From assembly GCA_944385895.1 (NCBI GenBank), contig CALWYZ010000007.1, forward strand, positions 33,489-97,488: a DNA stretch of 64,000 nt, read 5' to 3'. The notes under the pieces were generated by a model, which saw only the letters and a program-made list of their open reading frames with translations, was not told the origin of the DNA and ran no database searches. The position numbers and the translations under genes were made by a program. Of the stretch, positions 21,149 through 31,653 are shown one piece after another. This DNA comes from an uncultured Clostridia bacterium (GTDB lineage Bacteria; Bacillota; Clostridia; Oscillospirales; QAKW01). The first letter of the stretch is position 1. The number at the start of each line of letters is the position of its first letter.

Positions 21149-22978
21149 TTACTGTTTTCTTAAAAGCCATACCTGCATTTCCGTTTGTCCTCGATTTGCA
21201 AAGGCATGATAAGGAATAAGCGTCAGCGGTATCTTTTCATAGTCATCACCGGCCTCATAGTATAATTCATTTGTTTGTCTTGGACGGTATGCATATGTCT
21301 CAATAAGAGGAAGTGGAAATTCTCCGTCCTTCAATTCATACGGCATATTCAAATCCACAAGAACGCTTTTAATATCAGCGCCGTTATCTATCCCTTCGGC
21401 ACAGTAAACCACGGGGCCTCGCATTACAGCAACCCTTCCGGCATCGGAATGAACGCGGCGGTTAGCGGCAATAAACCTTACCGGCATTTCAAAATCGACA
21501 CTTATTTCAGCATGCCCGTCTGCAACGATAAAAGCGTATCCGTTTTTTATGACATATTCACGGTTTATGCTGAATTTCTTACACCAGCCGGGGATCCGCA
21601 ATGCTATATACTTTTTTTCAGTATCGCATATTATAGTTACTTTTCCGTCCTTTGGATATTCGGTTTTTTGTTCTATCCTTAGAGTATTTGTTTGGGCTTT
21701 CGAGTCTACATACTGATGAATGTATACCGTATCCCTGTCAACACCATAGAAATAACCCGCAACAGATGCGACAAAACGCAGAATATTAGGAGGGCAGCAA
21801 GAGCATCCAAATACTTCCAGCCTCTGCGTTATCGGAAAGCGCAATTTATGTTTAGTAGATGTATCTACATCATTGAAATCAGGATCAATTTCCAACGGGT
21901 TTTCATAAAAAAATGATTTGCCGTCTAATGAGACGCCCGACATTATACCGTTATACATTGTTTTTTCAACTATATCGGCATATTTTGATTCAGGACCGAA
22001 TACAAGCATTCGGTTTGCAAACATTGCAAGAGAAATCGCAGCGCAGGTTTCGGCATATGCAGTTCTGTTAGGCAAGTCATAGTCAATTGTAAAAGATTCG
22101 CCTATATATGACGATCCTACCCCGCCGGTAATATACATACGCTTGTTTACAATATTATCAAAGAATCGCTCACACGCTTTTTTCAGTGCCTGATCATTGT
22201 ATTGCGCCGCTACGTCTGCCGCGCCGCACATAAGATACAGAGCACGTACACAATGTCCTTGTGCAGTACTGCGCTGACTTATCGGCATATCATCCTGATT
22301 ATAGTTTTCATTGACAGATTTAATATAGATGCTCTCTTCAGGATGCTTTCCGTGTTCGTCTATGAAATACTTTGCAAGATCCGCGTATCGTTTGATACCT
22401 GTTGCCATATACAGACGCATTAAGGCAAGTTCGATTTCAGGATGTCCCGGTGTTGTAAAGGCGGCACTTTTTTGCTCTTTAAATACCTTTTCAATATAAT
22501 CTGCATATTTGCACATTGCTTTTAAAAACCTGTCTTTTCCGGTGATTTCATAATAAGCTATGGCCGCTTCGATCAAATGTCCTGCGCAGTAAAGCTCATG
22601 ACAATCCCTGTAGCAAAATTTTTTATCCTTGTCGGTCACAAGAAAATGACTGTTAAAATACCCGTTTTCATCACTGTTTTCAATTATATTGTCAATTGCA
22701 TCCTCAATTATCTGTTCAATATATTTATCGCACTTGGTATTTTGTATGTATACAGCGCCCTCAATCCACTTTGCAACATCCGAGTCCCAATAAATATGGG
22801 GCATATTAGGCTCAGACTCTTTCCACTCACACTTAAGTGCATCAAATCTGTGAGTTTCTTTGAAACGATCATATACAGACCTGAGTGTAGTATTGCTGTT
22901 TATTTCCTGTCTTGTTTTCCAATAACCACCGGTAATTTTAACATTAGAAAACTTAATATCCTGCATATCCGTCACCAC
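21149..22978 (-). CDS. GH127 beta-L-arabinofuranosidase-like glycoside hydrolase
   Basis: DSDVAKWIE, HELYCAGH, GHPEIE, GHCVRA, YAETCA and CSCCPPN motifs of the HypBA1 family. Confidence 0.9.
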   Translation of the reverse strand: MVTDMQDIKFSNVKITGGYWKTRQEINSNTTLRSVYDRFKETHRFDALKCEWKESEPNMPHIYWDSDVAKWIEGAVYIQNTKCDKYIEQIIEDAIDNIIENSDENGYFNSHFLVTDKDKKFCYRDCHELYCAGHLIEAAIAYYEITGKDRFLKAMCKYADYIEKVFKEQKSAAFTTPGHPEIELALMRLYMATGIKRYADLAKYFIDEHGKHPEESIYIKSVNENYNQDDMPISQRSTAQGHCVRALYLMCGAADVAAQYNDQALKKACERFFDNIVNKRMYITGGVGSSYIGESFTIDYDLPNRTAYAETCAAISLAMFANRMLVFGPESKYADIVEKTMYNGIMSGVSLDGKSFFYENPLEIDPDFNDVDTSTKHKLRFPITQRLEVFGCSCCPPNILRFVASVAGYFYGVDRDTVYIHQYVDSKAQTNTLRIEQKTEYPKDGKVTIICDTEKKYIALRIPGWCKKFSINREYVIKNGYAFIVADGHAEISVDFEMPVRFIAANRRVHSDAGRVAVMRGPVVYCAEGIDNGADIKSVLVDLNMPYELKDGEFPLPLIETYAYRPRQTNELYYEAGDDYEKIPLTLIPYHAFANRGQTEMQVWLLRKQ

Positions 22979-23168
22979 CTTTTTACGTTGATTATTTAGC
23001 GCAATTATAATCTAATATATTTTTTCAATATGACAAAGCATAAATATACTAAAATCAAATCTCACAAACTTTAGAGAGGTAATGATGCCGCCGCATTCAA
23101 TACAATTTTATAAAAATACCAATCGTAAACAGTGTCAAGCCTTAATATAAAAAATATTTTTTAATACA

Positions 23169-23200
23169 AAAACGGCGCAAACTAAAGTCTGTGCCGTTTT
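23169..23200 (-). terminator. terminator after SipW-cognate pair
   Basis: AAAACGGCGCA...TGTGCCGTTTT imperfect hairpin. Confidence 0.55.
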
Positions 23201-23239
23201 GCATATTCTAAGAATATTAGATTTTAAATGATATAAAAA

Positions 23240-24802
23240 CTAACTGAATAATACAGTCGTACCGTCGACAATTAACGTACAATCCAATACCTTGACGTCA
23301 TCGCCTGTCGGGTCAAGAAGCTTATCTTCAATATTTTCTGCTGTAACAGCAACACCGTCATAATTACAGCCGTTAAAAATGTAGGTCAGATCTGCCGCGC
23401 CCGCACCGATTTTAAAATCACTCTTGAAGGTGCATTTGTCCCATGTAGTATCTGCATAAGGACGCAGGAAATTATATGAGCTGTTACCTTTACTGAATTC
23501 CGTATTTACAAAGCTTGCCGACTTGATAAAACCGTAAGAGGTCCAGCCATGAAGCTTAGAATCGCAAACCTCGATCTCCAGGTTCTGACTGTTTGAACTG
23601 TTTACATTAAAGGTATAAATGCCCGTAATTTCACAGTTGTCGATAACAACTTTACCGTTTGTACCGTCAACTATATAAAGTGAACGAGCATTGGATGTCA
23701 GCGTTGAATTAGAGATGGTCAAAGTGTCGTCTTGGCCAAAGCTGCTGCCGGTAACAAGGACAGGGCTGGCACCGCTATAGGAAGTAATTGACACATTGTC
23801 AAGAACCGTGCCCCCCTCTTTGACAACAACTACACCCGCGAAGTTATCGTTTTCTATATTGAAGTTAGGCAGAATCGATGCGTTAGAGATAGTTACACCG
23901 GGCTGATCGATAACAAGTCCCATGGTTTTACCGCCGGAATTCGTTTCCGGAACGGTAATCTTTGTCTCTCCAATGCCATTTCCTGTCAAGGTTACGCCTT
24001 CAGGGATTTTAGTCTCATCGGGCAGCGTAAAACTGCCGGGACTCAGAAGTATAGTATCCCCAGAAACGGCTTGATTAATAACCTCTGCCAGTTCATCGCT
24101 GTCAGCTACAGGATATGTCGCACCGGCGTCATACTTTTCACTTCCAAAGCCATCTTTTTCAACAGTGTCCTGTGTAGCAAGGATAGTCACATCTGACCTG
24201 AAGCTCTTGTTCATATAGTCGTTATTTGCTTCCTCATACATGCCGTAAACGAGGATAAAGCGAACGGTTTGGCCGTTATTGGCCAGTGATATCTCCATAT
24301 CTTTTGCAAATGTTTCAAGTGTATTCATAGGTCGTTTTATAAACGTACCAGTTATATTGCCGTTTGAATCCACCTGAATAAAGTCAAACCACAGTGCGTT
24401 CATAAGTCCGCTGCTTTTCACGTCAAATCGAAGCTTGATCTTTGCCGCAAGACTGCCGCCGTTTTTTACCTCAAGAAGTTTTGCACTGGATTTGCCCGGC
24501 TCCCAAAGCTGCTCATCAATGATAGGCGGGCAATTTTCATCTTTAAGGCTTTGTCCGACGGTCGCAAAATAGAATGCCTTACCGCCGTTGACACCATCGA
24601 TCTGATATTGCGTTGTACCGGTGTTATCCATATCCAACTCATACACAAAGGCGTCAACAGACAGGTTCCCCGCCTTGATGATATTGCCTGTGTTTACAAC
24701 ACTGTCGGTAAACCAAGCAAACGTAGCACCTATAAGCATGGTGGCACAGATAAGCAATGAAAGTCCGCTCAACAATAGGGATTTTTGTGTCCTTTTCATC
24801 AT
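23240..24802 (-). CDS. SipW-cognate TasA-like protein with parallel beta-helix C-terminus
   Basis: ATFAWFTDS signal, LWEPG, ANNDYM...ILATQ...DGFG; the GDTILLSPG...VTLTGNG start is typical of pectin-lyase-like folds. Confidence 0.75.
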   Translation of the reverse strand: MMKRTQKSLLLSGLSLLICATMLIGATFAWFTDSVVNTGNIIKAGNLSVDAFVYELDMDNTGTTQYQIDGVNGGKAFYFATVGQSLKDENCPPIIDEQLWEPGKSSAKLLEVKNGGSLAAKIKLRFDVKSSGLMNALWFDFIQVDSNGNITGTFIKRPMNTLETFAKDMEISLANNGQTVRFILVYGMYEEANNDYMNKSFRSDVTILATQDTVEKDGFGSEKYDAGATYPVADSDELAEVINQAVSGDTILLSPGSFTLPDETKIPEGVTLTGNGIGETKITVPETNSGGKTMGLVIDQPGVTISNASILPNFNIENDNFAGVVVVKEGGTVLDNVSITSYSGASPVLVTGSSFGQDDTLTISNSTLTSNARSLYIVDGTNGKVVIDNCEITGIYTFNVNSSNSQNLEIEVCDSKLHGWTSYGFIKSASFVNTEFSKGNSSYNFLRPYADTTWDKCTFKSDFKIGAGAADLTYIFNGCNYDGVAVTAENIEDKLLDPTGDDVKVLDCTLIVDGTTVLFS

Positions 24803-24810
24803 TTACCTCC
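24698..24810. repeat. 113-bp direct repeat, copy 1 (RBS plus signal peptide)
   Basis: Matches 26574-26686 with 2 mismatches by manual alignment. Confidence 0.9.
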
Positions 24811-24839
24811 CGTTTTCTTTAATTATATATCATTATTAA

Positions 24840-26678
24840 TTAAAAATTAGTCGTAACATTATCATAAATGCAGTCTTCAAACTCGAATCGATAAAAATAA
24901 TTGAATATTTCAAGCTGGCTGCCGCTTTCACGAGTACTATGGAATGTACAACCGATAAGTGTAACAGTTCCCTGATCGTTATAACTCGGATCAATTCCGT
25001 TATAAATCAAAGCGTTTCCGCCATTGCCGGCCTGAGTATCTAATTTGGGGATTTTTACAAATGTTGAGTCTTTAATTATGGAATTGCCGTTACCGTACAC
25101 ATAAAGAGGATAATAATACGCTGCCGTTATAGTACAATCCTCTACATATGCAAAAGCATCATCCTCAATTGCCAAACCACCCCTGTCGCCATTGATAGTA
25201 CAACGGGTAATGTCTGCCGTAGCCTGCTGGGCTATTGTAACACAATAGTGTCCGCTATTGATACCGGATCTGTTAGATACAACACAATCTTCCATTACAA
25301 GAGTTCCTTTCAAGCATCTAACAGCTGCATTTCCGCCAGGGAACTCATCTGTAATACTATTTGAAATTTCATTTATAATGGTTCCGTTTTTTAAAGTAAG
25401 GTTACCTTCGCTTAGTATAAGATCATAATTAATATTACCATCCGGCAGACGGAGTGTTTTTTTATTTAAGTCCAAAATCACGGAAATTCCTTCGGGAACG
25501 ATAAGTGCTTGGCTCAGTTCTATGTCTTCAGTCAGCCTTATTCTGCCGCCTTCATTCAGTGCTGCCTGCAGTGCACTCTCAGTAGACACACATGTGCTGC
25601 CGTCCTCATAAACCACTGTAAAAGGACTGAACGACGCTGTCTTGAAAGCAACATATCCGGTGTTTGCATCATAATCCGACGCTATTAATGCCGTTTTATG
25701 GTATATTTCAACATTGTTAAGGCCCTTGCCGATATACAGATAAACCGGAATTTCAACGCTGTTATTTTCTGCAAGGCCATCGACCGTTATGTCATAGCTT
25801 ACCGCCAGCTCATTGCTGTCAACGGTAATGCCTGTCGGTTTAGCGGCCGGCACAACAGTAAGAGTAATCTCCAAAGAACTATCATCGATCGCATCCTTAG
25901 GAACCTCTACCTGCATTCCGTTCATGGCAAGAGTGGTCGTTTCCGCCCAGCCGTCCGCCGGTTTGGATGCTATTGCATTACCGGAAATTACTGCATTCCA
26001 GTTGTTATCCGGTGTGCCGTCAGCTGTGGAATCGTACTGTTTGTTGCCAAATCCATCCTCTTCATATACAGCCTGCATAGCACGTAGTTCTACATCAAAA
26101 GCAACACTGCATTTCTGATATGTATTGCCCGCAGTCTCCTGCATTTTCAACACAATTGAAAATGTTTTTTCTTCGCCCTCGGTGCTCAGTACATCTCCGA
26201 CTACAAAACCGTCTTTCAGTGAGGAAAGAGTACCCAATTTATTTGCATCAGTTAGAGCCGTCGCTCCATCTTCAGCGCCGATCATGTACACGTCCAGGAC
26301 ATCGGCGATGTTTGAAACATTCCCGTCATTTGTGGCATCGGTATTTACAATATTTGAAAAATATAACTGCCACTTAAGCGCAAGGGACCCGTTGTTGACT
26401 ACTTTCAAATCCAGTCCGTTAGCATAGCCCGGCTCCCAGAGCTGGTTTGAAAAAAGCTTGCCCATTTCACCTGCTGTTTCAGGAACATCCTGATATTCGT
26501 CCTGTGAATGAAGCGTTCTGTACTGAAAACCGACCTTCAGCTCTCCGGATTTAATTGTATTACCTGTGTTTGTAACACTGTCGGTAAACCACGCAAACGT
26601 AGCACCTATAAGCATGGTGGCACAGATAAGCAATGAAAGTCCGCTCAACAATAGGGATTTTTGTGTACTTTTCATCAT
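24840..26678 (-). CDS. SipW-cognate TasA-like protein with Ig-like linker and beta-helix C-terminus
   Basis: ATFAWFTDS signal; clear paralogue of 7173-9116 (LWEPGY.NG, NIADVLDVY, FDVELRA.Q, TGYV.FK...FSP). Confidence 0.75.
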   Translation of the reverse strand: MMKSTQKSLLLSGLSLLICATMLIGATFAWFTDSVTNTGNTIKSGELKVGFQYRTLHSQDEYQDVPETAGEMGKLFSNQLWEPGYANGLDLKVVNNGSLALKWQLYFSNIVNTDATNDGNVSNIADVLDVYMIGAEDGATALTDANKLGTLSSLKDGFVVGDVLSTEGEEKTFSIVLKMQETAGNTYQKCSVAFDVELRAMQAVYEEDGFGNKQYDSTADGTPDNNWNAVISGNAIASKPADGWAETTTLAMNGMQVEVPKDAIDDSSLEITLTVVPAAKPTGITVDSNELAVSYDITVDGLAENNSVEIPVYLYIGKGLNNVEIYHKTALIASDYDANTGYVAFKTASFSPFTVVYEDGSTCVSTESALQAALNEGGRIRLTEDIELSQALIVPEGISVILDLNKKTLRLPDGNINYDLILSEGNLTLKNGTIINEISNSITDEFPGGNAAVRCLKGTLVMEDCVVSNRSGINSGHYCVTIAQQATADITRCTINGDRGGLAIEDDAFAYVEDCTITAAYYYPLYVYGNGNSIIKDSTFVKIPKLDTQAGNGGNALIYNGIDPSYNDQGTVTLIGCTFHSTRESGSQLEIFNYFYRFEFEDCIYDNVTTNF

Positions 26679-26686
26679 TTACCTCC
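26574..26686. repeat. 113-bp direct repeat, copy 2
   Basis: Matches 24698-24810 with 2 mismatches. Confidence 0.9.
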
Positions 26687-26910
26687 TTAAATTTTTATAT
26701 TTACAATTTAATTTTAAGAGCTGTAATATATTTAAGTTTAAACCAGCAATATTGCTCTGCATTATTGCTAAAAGACAATAATTATACCAAGCAAAAAGTC
26801 ATGATATGTATATAGGTTATTTGCCTGCTTTCCTTAAAAAAATAAATATATATATACTATATCATATAATTTTCTATAATTCAACTGATTATCCATATTT
26901 TGTATAGTTA

Positions 26911-26943
26911 AAAAATACCTTGGATTTAAATCCAAGGTATTTC
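26911..26943 (-). terminator. intrinsic terminator
   Basis: AAATACCTTGGATTTAAATCCAAGGTATTT palindrome with a U-tract on the minus strand. Confidence 0.75.
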
Positions 26944-27059
26944 TATTATGCATGTTAAGGCAGCTGACTGCAATAAGTATTTTTATAAGCAAACGCCTGC
27001 TTTAATTGAGTTCTCACAGTAATAACGTCTGTTTATTCATCAGCGGTGATGACATTCTT

Positions 27060-27641
27060 TTAATCCTGCATATCATCAGACTGAGAAACATCACTTTCAT
27101 CTGTTCTATTTTTCTTTTTATTCACTATGTTCCGTACAGCCTCGCCCGCAATCAAAAACAGAAGTCCGCTCACCGCCGCCTGTATGGCATTGAACGGTAC
27201 AGAATCGACAGCAGCCGTAGTCAGCGCCGCCTCCAGCTGTGACCCTGAAATAATAAGCAGCACGACCTCGCTTACATAGTATCCCGCAATGGTGACGATA
27301 CCCGAAAGGCAGATAAGTATATCCTGTACAAGTATATGTTTTGATGCCCGCATAAGCAGTTTTGCAGTCAACACAACAAGAGCCTTGACAATTATTGTCG
27401 GGATCACATAGATCAAACTGCCAAGCGTCAAATCGGCAAAAGCCGCTCCGACCGCAGCTGAGGCAACTGCATATGGCGTAGGCAGCAAAACAACCGCAAG
27501 ATATATCATCGCATCTCCGATATGTATATACGCTCCTCCACCTATCGGCGCAATGGCGCCTGTAAGAGTTGCGGCATAAATGAGCGCGGCAAAAAGCGCG
27601 GACTTTGTAAGCATATTCATTTTTTTGTTGCTCATAAACAA
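27060..27641 (-). CDS. ECF S component, probably vitamin B6-specific
   Basis: ALFAALI, GAYIHIGD, GAAFADL and PFNAIQ; coupled to pdxK. Confidence 0.75.
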   Translation of the reverse strand: MFMSNKKMNMLTKSALFAALIYAATLTGAIAPIGGGAYIHIGDAMIYLAVVLLPTPYAVASAAVGAAFADLTLGSLIYVIPTIIVKALVVLTAKLLMRASKHILVQDILICLSGIVTIAGYYVSEVVLLIISGSQLEAALTTAAVDSVPFNAIQAAVSGLLFLIAGEAVRNIVNKKKNRTDESDVSQSDDMQD

Positions 27642-28471
27642 TACTCCTTTAACAGTCCCAGTTTATCCTCAAACTGCATTCCGAATAATTTATCACCGTT
27701 ATTATTATATGTCTTCTGCGCGCAGATTTCAACAAAATCAGCAGCAATCTTTACTGACTCCGCTATACTTTTAGCGCTTAAAGCGACACCGCATATTACA
27801 CTTGCAAAAACATCTCCGGTTCCGCAGTATGTGACCGGAAACTTTTTATTGTCAGTAAGACAAACCTTCCCGTTTTGATATACCAAATTTGAAATACGCC
27901 CTTTTTCTATTTCCGACACGGACGCGTTTTCAAGACCGGTCACAACGATGCATTCCGCCCCCAGATTTTTGCACATTTCTTCCACCCGGTCAAGAGTGAT
28001 TTTCTTTTCAGGATAGTCTGTACCGCAAAGAGCGCAAAGCTCTGTAAGGTTTGGCGTTATTATGTTTGCCTTGCTTACCAGGTCGCGCATATGCACAAGA
28101 ATTTCCCTGCCGCAAGTATCATAAAGTACTCCGTTATCGCCCAGAACAGGGTCTACAAGCTTTAACGAGTTTTTCCCGAATTTGAGCATAAAATCATTAG
28201 TGATTTTTACCTGAGCAGCCGAACCGAAAAAACCGCTGTAAATAACATCGAACGTAAGACCTAGTTTTTCCCAGCTTTTTATATAATCCGGCATATGGTC
28301 GGTAAAATCATAAAAAGTATAGCTGTCAAATCCCGTATGGTTGGATAACACCGCAGTCGGAAGTACGGCGCACTCATAACCGCAGGCAGACACTATCGGC
28401 AGCGCCACGGTGAGTGAGCATCTGCCCACTCCCGATAAATCATTTATAAGTGCCGCCCGTTTCATGAGCAC
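27632..28471 (-). CDS. pdxK: pyridoxal/pyridoxamine kinase
   Basis: DLSGVGRCSL, LSNHTG, VDPVLGDNG, ITPNLTE and GTGDVFAS. Confidence 0.9.
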   Translation of the reverse strand: MLMKRAALINDLSGVGRCSLTVALPIVSACGYECAVLPTAVLSNHTGFDSYTFYDFTDHMPDYIKSWEKLGLTFDVIYSGFFGSAAQVKITNDFMLKFGKNSLKLVDPVLGDNGVLYDTCGREILVHMRDLVSKANIITPNLTELCALCGTDYPEKKITLDRVEEMCKNLGAECIVVTGLENASVSEIEKGRISNLVYQNGKVCLTDNKKFPVTYCGTGDVFASVICGVALSAKSIAESVKIAADFVEICAQKTYNNNGDKLFGMQFEDKLGLLKEYCL

Positions 28472-28552
28472 GCCTCCCTCCGTTTTTTATTACTATATCA
28501 CTGATATGGTCATATTAAAACTATCAATTTATAATAATTTTATATAACCAGA

Positions 28553-29626
28553 TTAATCCTGAGCCATTTTTGCCATATCGGCAAATTCCTCAAGTACCTC
28601 CTTGGAATAACCGAGTATAGACGGAAAACTGTCATGATAAACACCGTGAGAAAGCATGTCCCATGCATATTCCTTGATGTTTTCGTCGCTGTTGTCGTCA
28701 TATTGGAGTTTGTCACCGTCTATGCCGAGGATATCGGCAAATTCAGGGCTGTAATATCCGCTTTTCATCAATGAAATAATATTTTCTATCTGCTGCTGAC
28801 GCTGACTGTTACTGACCTTTTGTGCAGCGGTCTGACTGTTGATTATTTTATATTGCTGTTCAAGAGCCGCTATTTTTTCCTCATATTCACGGTCAAGTGC
28901 GTCCTTTTGCTGCTGATATTCAAACTGACGGTTTTCAAGATCCAGATCAGAAGCGTCCTTTTGCTGCTGATATTCGAATTGACGGTTTGCAAAATCACGG
29001 TCAAGCGCATCCTGCTCACGGTCATACTGAGTTTGCTGAGCGGCTGTAAGCCTGTCGGCACGATCTGTTGCCGAATCGTATAAAAGCTGCGCTATTTTTT
29101 CATTATTATCATAGGCAGACTGTGCGGCGTTTGCAGCTATTTCCCGCTTTGCATCAAGAGTATCACTGTTTATCTGGTTTCGCTGATTAATATAACTGTT
29201 GTCATAAGCCGCGCGCGTGCTTTCGGACAATCCGCCTGAAATACCGTCAGCCTTAAGCTGCTGGTCAAGACCGAGTGAGCTTTGAAGATTTTTAATGTAT
29301 GCCTCACGCAGTCTTGATCTTCCCTGTTCATCAGCCGCTGTCTGCTGATCGCTGAAATTCTGCTGACGGTTCTGTTCTGCCTGTTCAAGAGCGTTTGTGT
29401 ACGCGTTGACAGCCGATGCCGCAGTTGCCATGCCTGCGTCAATTACATTATACTCGCTTCCGTCCTCGCCGCCGCTGTACCCATAGCTATTGCGAATACT
29501 CTCCGCCTGATTATGAAGCTGCTTTTTCAAATCCTTATCATCAGTACTGCGCCACGCATTTTCAAGCTGCTCTATACGCTTCAGGTCTTCTTTGCTCATT
29601 AAATTGTTGTCAAAAATACTTGCCAT
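28553..29626 (-). CDS. putative virion ejection (DNA-injection) protein
   Basis: Q/A/D-rich predicted coiled coil with a duplicated NRQFEYQQQKDA; last gene of the podovirus-like module. Confidence 0.5.
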   Translation of the reverse strand: MASIFDNNLMSKEDLKRIEQLENAWRSTDDKDLKKQLHNQAESIRNSYGYSGGEDGSEYNVIDAGMATAASAVNAYTNALEQAEQNRQQNFSDQQTAADEQGRSRLREAYIKNLQSSLGLDQQLKADGISGGLSESTRAAYDNSYINQRNQINSDTLDAKREIAANAAQSAYDNNEKIAQLLYDSATDRADRLTAAQQTQYDREQDALDRDFANRQFEYQQQKDASDLDLENRQFEYQQQKDALDREYEEKIAALEQQYKIINSQTAAQKVSNSQRQQQIENIISLMKSGYYSPEFADILGIDGDKLQYDDNSDENIKEYAWDMLSHGVYHDSFPSILGYSKEVLEEFADMAKMAQD

Positions 29627-29637
29627 TTTTTTCTCCT

Positions 29638-31653
29638 TTACATAATTGTATATTCTATAAGAAAGCTGCGAAGAGTAAACGGCTGATCAAAATTATCATT
29701 TTCAAACCTCAGCTTTATACTCCTTCCGCGTTTGTGCAGCAGTCTTTTATATACGGCGTAGCTTTCGGGACGATCACTGTACGTAAATCTTGCGTAGCTG
29801 ATATTTTCATATCTGAACACCGACAATTCGCCGCCGTAATCCTTGATCACACGCCATTTGTCGTTATCAAACCTGGCGGAGATCCTGACATCGGTATTAA
29901 GCGGGGCGCCGTCAACAGCCATTTGAGATGATAAAAGCGCGCCCATACGCTCAAAGAACTTATTTACATGAAAACTTTGACAATATATGGGCGGGGTTTC
30001 CCAATATGCATTTATTGTACTGTATACTATCTGTCCGCTTGATATCTCCGTCTCATCACGATAATCGCTGTTTGAAATAAAGTTCTTATTGAAACGGAAA
30101 ATATACTCGCCATTTGAAAAATACAGATACCCCTGATTCACCCACATATATTTTGCATTAATGCCCTTCCATATGTACCCGTCATACTGACGGTATGAAA
30201 ACGGCTCATCTCCGCTTTTGAAATACTGTTTGGAATCAAGCAGATACAAAGTGTCGCTGCGGTTTGAAATGACAAGAAAATCGTCATATGCAAGCATTTT
30301 ACAGTCATCAAGCTGTTCCTTAAGCAAATGATAATTTATCATAGCGGATCTGTTCTGACAGCACCGTTCATCCAGAACACCGCTTGCCGTTATAGCGGAC
30401 ACTCCTTTTTCGGTCAGGTATACGACTTCATTGTCAAATACCTGGGTAAGCACGCCCTCAATCGGCTTTACAGTTCTGAATATTCCGCTGATCAAAAACA
30501 GTGCGTTTGGCAGAAAATCCACTGCTGTCTGCGGATCCTGAATATTTCCAGATACCATATACACATTATCATTACAGATAACAGCAAGGCGCGTATCATC
30601 GCCGGCAAGCGCAACTATCTGTGTGTCCGATTCGCCTATTTTAAGATAGTTTAGATCCGGAAAATATAAATGGTTATCCATATCCGAATAATAAATAATA
30701 TTCGGAACATCACTGTTGGCGGCAAGAAATACCCTGTCTTTATAGCCTGCCACGCCGTACATTGTCATACACCTGCATTTAGCGATTTTATAAGCGTTTT
30801 GGGCAAACGAGTCATATAAATAAATTATCTTCAGATTGTCCTCGCCCTCAACAGATGTTTTAGGCGGAGGCATAACGAATTTGACTGTTCTTCCGGCATA
30901 AGATAAAACCGCAGCAGGTTCCCATTCACCCAATGTGTTTTTTGTAAACGCATGAACAGTGGTGTCGGGCTTTATATCCATATGTACTGTATATTCATTG
31001 GCATCACCGTCACATATGAACTGCTCGCTTATATAGGGATTGAGTAGGTTCACAGCCTCATAAGAGCTGCCGGCGCCAGTAGGTGTGCAGCCAATAAAAA
31101 GCACAGGCAGATACAGACCTTCAAAAGGATTTGTATATTCTGTAACAGTAGTACTGCCGTCGCTGCCGATATAAAACACCTCTCCGTCTGCAACTCGATA
31201 TATAAACACAAAATCTCCGTTTAAAAAGAACATACAGTCCTCTGACTGCATTGCCAAGCAATCATCAAAATCATCCGGAAGATCAACTGTGATGGTATCT
31301 TCACTTTCAAAATCATAGCTGCTTGTACTTACAGCCATTACGTTGCCGGAGATAAAAAAATACAGTTCTTGTTCCGGTGATGAAAACTTAAATACTCCGC
31401 CCAGCGCACCAAACTGTTCCGATTTTTTGCAGATAGTATATCCGGGACGTTTGCTTATCTGTCCAAGTCCTGTGCGTATCATGTTTACGGTGCCCGGCTG
31501 TTCGCTTCCGTCATAATAGCTTATCCCATCGGCATGTGAAATTGAACGCTCATCTTCCGCAGATGTGCTATCGATGCCGTGAATGCTTGAGGTTTGAACG
31601 GTCCCCGACGAGGATACCGAGCCGCTCATGATATTATTTGAGACAAATCGCAT
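29638..31653 (-). CDS. putative tail nozzle/head-stabilisation protein (P22 gp10/T7 tubular B-like)
   Basis: 671 aa, beta-rich; begins GID...NM...KRPGY; follows the adaptor gene. Confidence 0.55.
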   Translation of the reverse strand: MRFVSNNIMSGSVSSSGTVQTSSIHGIDSTSAEDERSISHADGISYYDGSEQPGTVNMIRTGLGQISKRPGYTICKKSEQFGALGGVFKFSSPEQELYFFISGNVMAVSTSSYDFESEDTITVDLPDDFDDCLAMQSEDCMFFLNGDFVFIYRVADGEVFYIGSDGSTTVTEYTNPFEGLYLPVLFIGCTPTGAGSSYEAVNLLNPYISEQFICDGDANEYTVHMDIKPDTTVHAFTKNTLGEWEPAAVLSYAGRTVKFVMPPPKTSVEGEDNLKIIYLYDSFAQNAYKIAKCRCMTMYGVAGYKDRVFLAANSDVPNIIYYSDMDNHLYFPDLNYLKIGESDTQIVALAGDDTRLAVICNDNVYMVSGNIQDPQTAVDFLPNALFLISGIFRTVKPIEGVLTQVFDNEVVYLTEKGVSAITASGVLDERCCQNRSAMINYHLLKEQLDDCKMLAYDDFLVISNRSDTLYLLDSKQYFKSGDEPFSYRQYDGYIWKGINAKYMWVNQGYLYFSNGEYIFRFNKNFISNSDYRDETEISSGQIVYSTINAYWETPPIYCQSFHVNKFFERMGALLSSQMAVDGAPLNTDVRISARFDNDKWRVIKDYGGELSVFRYENISYARFTYSDRPESYAVYKRLLHKRGRSIKLRFENDNFDQPFTLRSFLIEYTIM

